Source: Amoebophrya sp. A120 (taxonomy: Eukaryota > Protista > Dinoflagellata). Taken from it: a stretch of DNA of 36,760 nucleotides. Each line of letters begins with the position of its first letter. Position 1 is the first letter of the stretch. The stretch is from positions 174,718 through 211,477 of the forward strand of contig CAJINV010000023.1 in the NCBI GenBank assembly GCA_905178155.1, in the 5' to 3' direction. The translations under genes were made by a program, and so were the position numbers. This document shows positions 32,601 through 36,760 of the stretch, piece by piece. Below the pieces are notes generated by a model. That model saw nothing but the letters and a program-made list of their open reading frames with translations, was not told the origin of the DNA and made no database searches.

Positions 32601-35600
32601 AGCCCCATACTGGAGCCCGCGGGCATGGGCCACCCGATTTTGCGGGGTCTGGTGGTCTTCCGTGTGTTTCGCCTGATTCGTATCCTGAGGAAAAACGTCC
32701 CCACCCCAGAGTTGTCATGCAGATTTGCAACGACAAGGACATCTGTGATGCGCATGCCCATGGTAGACATTTCCAATCGTGTTTTGAAATTTGTGATGCT
32801 GTGAACAGGATAAGCAGATGGATCTGTGATGCGGCTGCACTTGCTAATCTGCACTACCCTACGGAGTGCAACTTGTCATGCGTGACTCCCAAAAGAACTC
32901 ATAGGTTTGTGTTGCAAAATCCCCATCTTGACTGTGGGGTGGGGACGTTTTTACACAGGATAATTCGCGTGGCGAAGGAGCTGCGCATGGTACCGATCTT
33001 CAAGGAGCTGTGGATGCTGGTGCAGGGCATGTACGGGTCCCTCACCTTGATCATGTGGATCCTCACAGTCGGCGCGGTGCTGCTGGTTTTTTTCTCCATC
33101 TTTTTCATGGACCTGATATCCTACGTAAAAACGCGCCCACGCCATAGGTAACGTGGGAAATCTGCTAGACAAATCGGCCAGCCTTGGCTGTTTCGCATGA
33201 CAACTTTGCCTTCGTAGTGTGATCCTCTTTAGCTAGTTCAACAGCATCACAGATCTAGCGCATCATGCTGATTCGAGCATCACAAACTCCAAAGCACGAC
33301 AGCAAAATGCTTCTCTTGGGACTCTGCATGAGAAACATTTTAAGCATGCAGATTTGCATGACAACTCTGGGGTGGGGACGTTTTTGCTCAGCATACCTGA
33401 TCGGCGCGACTCTGCTCTACCAGGGGGCGGACCTGGGCAACAGCTTCTGCGGCATCGACCAGTACACGGAAACCTTTTGCTGGGAGTACTGGTCAACGAT
33501 GGGGGGCTCCATGTACACCCTCCTGCAGATGGCGCTCTTTGACGGGTGGAGCAAAATCGCCCGAGTTTTCATGGAGACAACTGCGGACTACGACAACAAG
33601 ACCTCCTTTCTGCTGGTCATGTTGCTTTACGTGGTCTTCGTATCAATTGCAAATATTTTTGGGGCTGGAACGATGCAAGGTTTGTCATTGTCATGCACAG
33701 TTTGGATGACTCCTGACGTCTGTGCTGCATGCCCTAGCATCACAGATTTTGTGAGGGCTTCCTGATCATGCCTATACCGCATGAGAAATACCCATTCGCC
33801 GTGGCAAAAACTGGACCCCTATTGCTGGGCATGCAATACAGCTTTTTGTAGTATCCAAATGCAGCACCAGCATCACAAGCTGCAACCTTCCAGAACCAAA
33901 CCCAGACATATTTGCATTTGATAGTTCGTCGCGATCGTGTTCTTGAACATCATCTCCGGCATCGTGATTCAGCTCGCGTTATGACAGTGCACAACGAACT
34001 CCCCCTCATTTGCATAGCATGAACGGCATATAAAAGCATCAGCAAGAGTGCCGGTTTTGCATGACAAATTTGCACTGGAGGACTGTACTGCTGTTCCTAT
34101 TTGGACTACCAGAACTTGTCATGCATACAGTGCCGCGTGACAAAGAGTGGATTGGTTATTTTGCATGAGAAATGAGAACGAGGGGGAGTTGTGCACTCTC
34201 ATACGCGTTTGCGGCGAGCGAAAAGGACGCGGAGGCGACCAAGGTCAGGCAGCAGCTGGTATACGCAATGCAAAAGCATCGTACTAGGTAGTTGTAGTAT
34301 AAATTGCATTACAAATCCGCCCAGCATTATAAATTGAATTTGTAATGCTGATTTACGGTGAGAAAGAGATTTGTAATGCATAAATGCAACTGCTACGAGT
34401 ACGATACTTTTGCACAGGATATGGTAGTCCAGAAAACGACACAGGAGCTGCTGATGATTTTCGACGATATGGTATCCTGAGTAAAAACGTACCCACACCA
34501 GAGTTGTAATGCAGATTTGCAAAGACAGGAAGACTTGCAATGCGCATCTCCATGAGAGCCATGGTTTTCAATCGTGTTTTGGAATTTGTGATGCTGTGAA
34601 CAGGATGAGGGGGTGGATTTGTTATGCGGCTTCCCTTGCTAAACTGCATTTACACTACAGCCTGCAACTTGTCATGCGTGACTCACAAAGTTCCTAGGTT
34701 TGTGTTGCAAAATCCCCCTCCTGACTCTGGTGTGGGTACGTTTTTACTCAGGATATATGGATAAAGACGGATCCGGTGAACTGACGAAAGCAGAGTTTGC
34801 GAACCTGCTCTCCGATGCCAAGTTCATCAACAAAATGAAAATCCTATCCTGTGCACAAGTATCGTTTACTCGTATTGCAATCATGCATTACAAATCTGTT
34901 CCTTAAGGCAAGTCCGCATTACAAATTTTATCCCCCAGAGTAGCCCCCCCAACTACTCGCCCGAGCCAATGATCCCACTCGTGCTTCGCACCAACATAGG
35001 ATGGGCTCACTTTCTCGCTTCCAGGGAATGCGAATTGGTTTTTAACCGACTTTGTGCCAAGAGGAGGGCCTCCCCGGGACCGCCTGGCGAAAGCCTGCCA
35101 CGGGTTTCACTGTCCACGGGTGGTGTTGCGGGTAATCCTGGCGAAAGCCAAAAACCGGCAGAAAATGGGGCCACGGAAGCGTTCTTGCTGGACATTACCA
35201 ACATTTGCCCACGCAGAGCCGTCCTCTTGCCGGACACAACCAACATCTGTCCGAAACAGCCTAGGGCCAAGACGACGCCGTGAGGACGACCACAGGGGGT
35301 CTGTCTCAATGATGATGATGATGCTGAGGATATTTGTGATCGCGACGCATTTATACGAGTTCGAGTGCGATACTCTTGCAGTTCATAAATCCTCGACATA
35401 GAGACGCACGACCTCCCCGACATCTTTCGCATCTGCGATGATGGCGATGGAGCAGTGTCTTCCTCGGAATTCTGCAACTATCACACAGAAAAAAGCAGGC
35501 AGGTCGGATTTGTAATGCAAAACAGCGCGCATGTTATGGGGCCGCCCATGACAGATATTTATTTTGTTTGTTTATTTTTGCATTAGATTACAAATGTTCC

Positions 35601-36578
35601 CTGCTAGCTTTTTTCCCTGGGATAGCAACGGGTTGGTGAAGATGCTGAAGATTCCGACCGCGCTGGACATGCTGTCGGTCACGCGGACGGCGCGGGCCTT
35701 GGAGCGATATCCAAGTGAAAAAAGCCCCCAGACCCCATATTCAAAAGACAATTTGTGTTGCTGGATTTGTGTACACCAATGAACTTTGTATTGCAGCAAG
35801 AGCTTGTCGGCATATTCTGAGCCCATCTGGGTATTACGCCTCCGGCTAGCAGCTACGCATGAGAAACAGGTCGGACACAGGCGGAAACGCATGACAGACT
35901 GGCTGCACAATGCGCCACATGGGTGCCGTTTGCCTTGTACGCAAGACAAAGCTGATTTGTGGCCACAAATCAGCATCACAAATTTCCTTTTCGATACGGG
36001 GCAGGGAGATTTTTCCTCACAATAAGCGAACGCTGAATTACATCGTGGACGAACTGGCGCAGGGCATTATCCTGTGCAAAAGTATCGTACTCGTATTGCA
36101 ATCGTGCATTACAAATCTTTTTCTTAAGGTGCATCTGCATTACAAATTTCCTGTCTCGTGCTGAGGATATTTGTATTGCATTTATACGAGTACGATACTT
36201 TTGCAGTTCATAGGCATTTTGCGTGGACGATATCCTGTGTGAAAACGTCCGCGCACCGTAGTTGTCATGCAGATTTGCAATGGCGGCAAGCAACGCTTGT
36301 TGTAATACGCATCTTCATGAGATGCATCGTCCATCGTGTATTTGGCATTTGCAATGCTGCAACCAGGATAAGGAGATGGCTTTATTCTGATGCAGATGCG
36401 GCTTGCCTTTCTAAGAACCTGGACTATAATACAGCGAAAACTTGTCATGCGTGACTCCCAAAAGTTCTGGATTTGTGTTGCAGATTTACCAACAACTTGA
36501 CTCTGGGGTGGGGACGTTTTTCTTTTTCCTCAGGATAGACGAATCGTGAAAATCAGCGACAATGTGCGCGGCATTCAA
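29692..36578 (+). CDS. Single-domain voltage-gated cation channel (Ion_trans, 6 TM) with C-terminal EF-hands; 3' end outside the window
   Basis: Join 29692-30019, 30266-30319, 30587-30768, 30925-30959, 31228-31270, 31455-31496, 31781-31900, 32157-32356, 32615-32680, 32968-33116, 33401-33640, 33929-33979, 34209-34261, 34427-34472, 34761-34844, 35393-35478, 35630-35707, 36030-36067, 36218-36230, 36543-36578 gives 648 open codons. S1 VESLGFDLFFGLMICVNA; S2 ENFFTGLFVGEFLLR; S3 WNFMDF; S4 LRGLVVFRVFRLIRVAKELR; pore TLLQMALFDGWSKIAR; S6 FLNIISGIVI; EF loop DKDGSGELTKAE. Confidence 0.9.
30020..30260. mobile_element. Introner family B-like
   Basis: DR ggagg/ggagg. Confidence 0.88.
30320..30581. mobile_element. 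Introner family B
   Basis: DR cgcga/cgcga. Confidence 0.9.
30769..30924 (+). other. Canonical GT-AG intron
   Basis: GAG|GTGCTG...AAACAG|GTT, in frame. Confidence 0.75.
30960..31222. mobile_element. Introner family B
   Basis: DR ggcca/ggcca. Confidence 0.9.
31271..31449. mobile_element. Introner, singleton (TATGCATTGCAA..ATCGATC IR)
   Basis: DR ggtac/ggtac. Confidence 0.88.
31497..31775. mobile_element. Introner family B-like
   Basis: DR agcgg/agtgg. Confidence 0.87.
31901..32151. mobile_element. Introner family B
   Basis: DR cgatc/cgatc. Confidence 0.9.
32357..32609. mobile_element. Introner family E
   Basis: DR ctgga/ctgga. Confidence 0.9.
32681..32962. mobile_element. Introner family F (TIR TATCCTGnGnAAAAACGTCCCCACCCCA)
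   Basis: DR attcg/attcg; lies inside the S4 coding sequence. Confidence 0.9.
33117..33395. mobile_element. Introner family F
   Basis: DR cctga/cctga. Confidence 0.9.
33641..33923. mobile_element. Introner family B
   Basis: DR cttcg/gttcg. Confidence 0.87.
33980..34203. mobile_element. Introner family D
   Basis: DR cgcgt/cgcgt. Confidence 0.9.
34262..34421. mobile_element. Introner family A
   Basis: DR tggta/tggta. Confidence 0.9.
34473..34755. mobile_element. Introner family F
   Basis: DR tatgg/tatgg. Confidence 0.9.
34845..35387. mobile_element. Introner family A with ~380-bp internal insertion
   Basis: DR aatcc/aatcc. Confidence 0.87.
35479..35624. mobile_element. Introner, singleton (GAAAAAAGC IR)
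   Basis: DR gcaac/gcaac. Confidence 0.87.
35708..36024. mobile_element. Introner family C
   Basis: DR agcga/agcga. Confidence 0.9.
36068..36212. mobile_element. Introner family A
   Basis: DR ggcat/ggcat. Confidence 0.9.
36231..36537. mobile_element. Introner family F
   Basis: DR gacga/gacga. Confidence 0.9.
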
Positions 36579-36760
36579 TACGCAGTGCAAAAGTATCGTA
36601 CTAGTCTGGTAACCAAATGCGTGCGCGCGCGCGCGCAGAGCGCGCGCCGGCCCACGAAGCCGGCGCGCGCGCTCTGCGCGCTTGCGATATTGCTTAGCAA
36701 ACGCAGCGCGAAGGCAGTTGCCGTTACCATATAGGGCAACCGCCGGGAGGCGTGAAGGTC
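36579..36760. mobile_element. Introner family A left end followed by GC-rich foreign sequence; truncated by the window
   Basis: TACGCAGTGCAAAAGTATCGTACTAGT, then unrelated (GC)n-rich DNA from ~36607. Confidence 0.65.

Noticed and set aside
9788-36454. Many short ORFs with recurring peptides (MSGSGR, PDPDIF, YEYDTF, QKYRTR)
   Set aside because: They are translations of introner TIRs, not proteins.

Overview
Eukaryotic genomic DNA. The architecture resembles the parasitic dinoflagellate Amoebophrya (Syndiniales), but that taxonomic assignment is inference. Two + strand host genes are split by about 54 non-canonical introner-like inserts of 150-340 bp. These have TA(T)...(A)TA ends, family-specific terminal inverted repeats and 5-bp flanking direct repeats (DRs). 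Removing each insert plus one DR copy by hand restores the reading frame at every junction that could be resolved. Gene 1 (514-28128, ~1,700 aa) encodes an N-terminal globular domain, a long coiled coil and a C-terminal metacaspase domain lacking both catalytic residues. Gene 2 (29692 to beyond the window end) is a single-domain 6-TM voltage-gated cation channel with EF-hands. The standout feature is a 7,225-bp DNA transposon (1184-8408; TGCAGT...ACTGCA ends, 4-bp TGCA TSD) nested inside one introner. After removing 7 introns, its minus-strand gene gives one uninterrupted ~1,408-aa ORF. This ORF joins a plasmid-type RepB' (RSF1010-like AEP) primase, an OTU cysteine protease, a Gypsy/Ginger-type integrase (H2C2, DDE, GPY) and a possible OB fold, with no RT, PolB or LTRs. 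Two large satellites (167/170 bp and 192 bp) and a MITE-like insert also sit inside introners. All domain calls are by eye; no database search was run.
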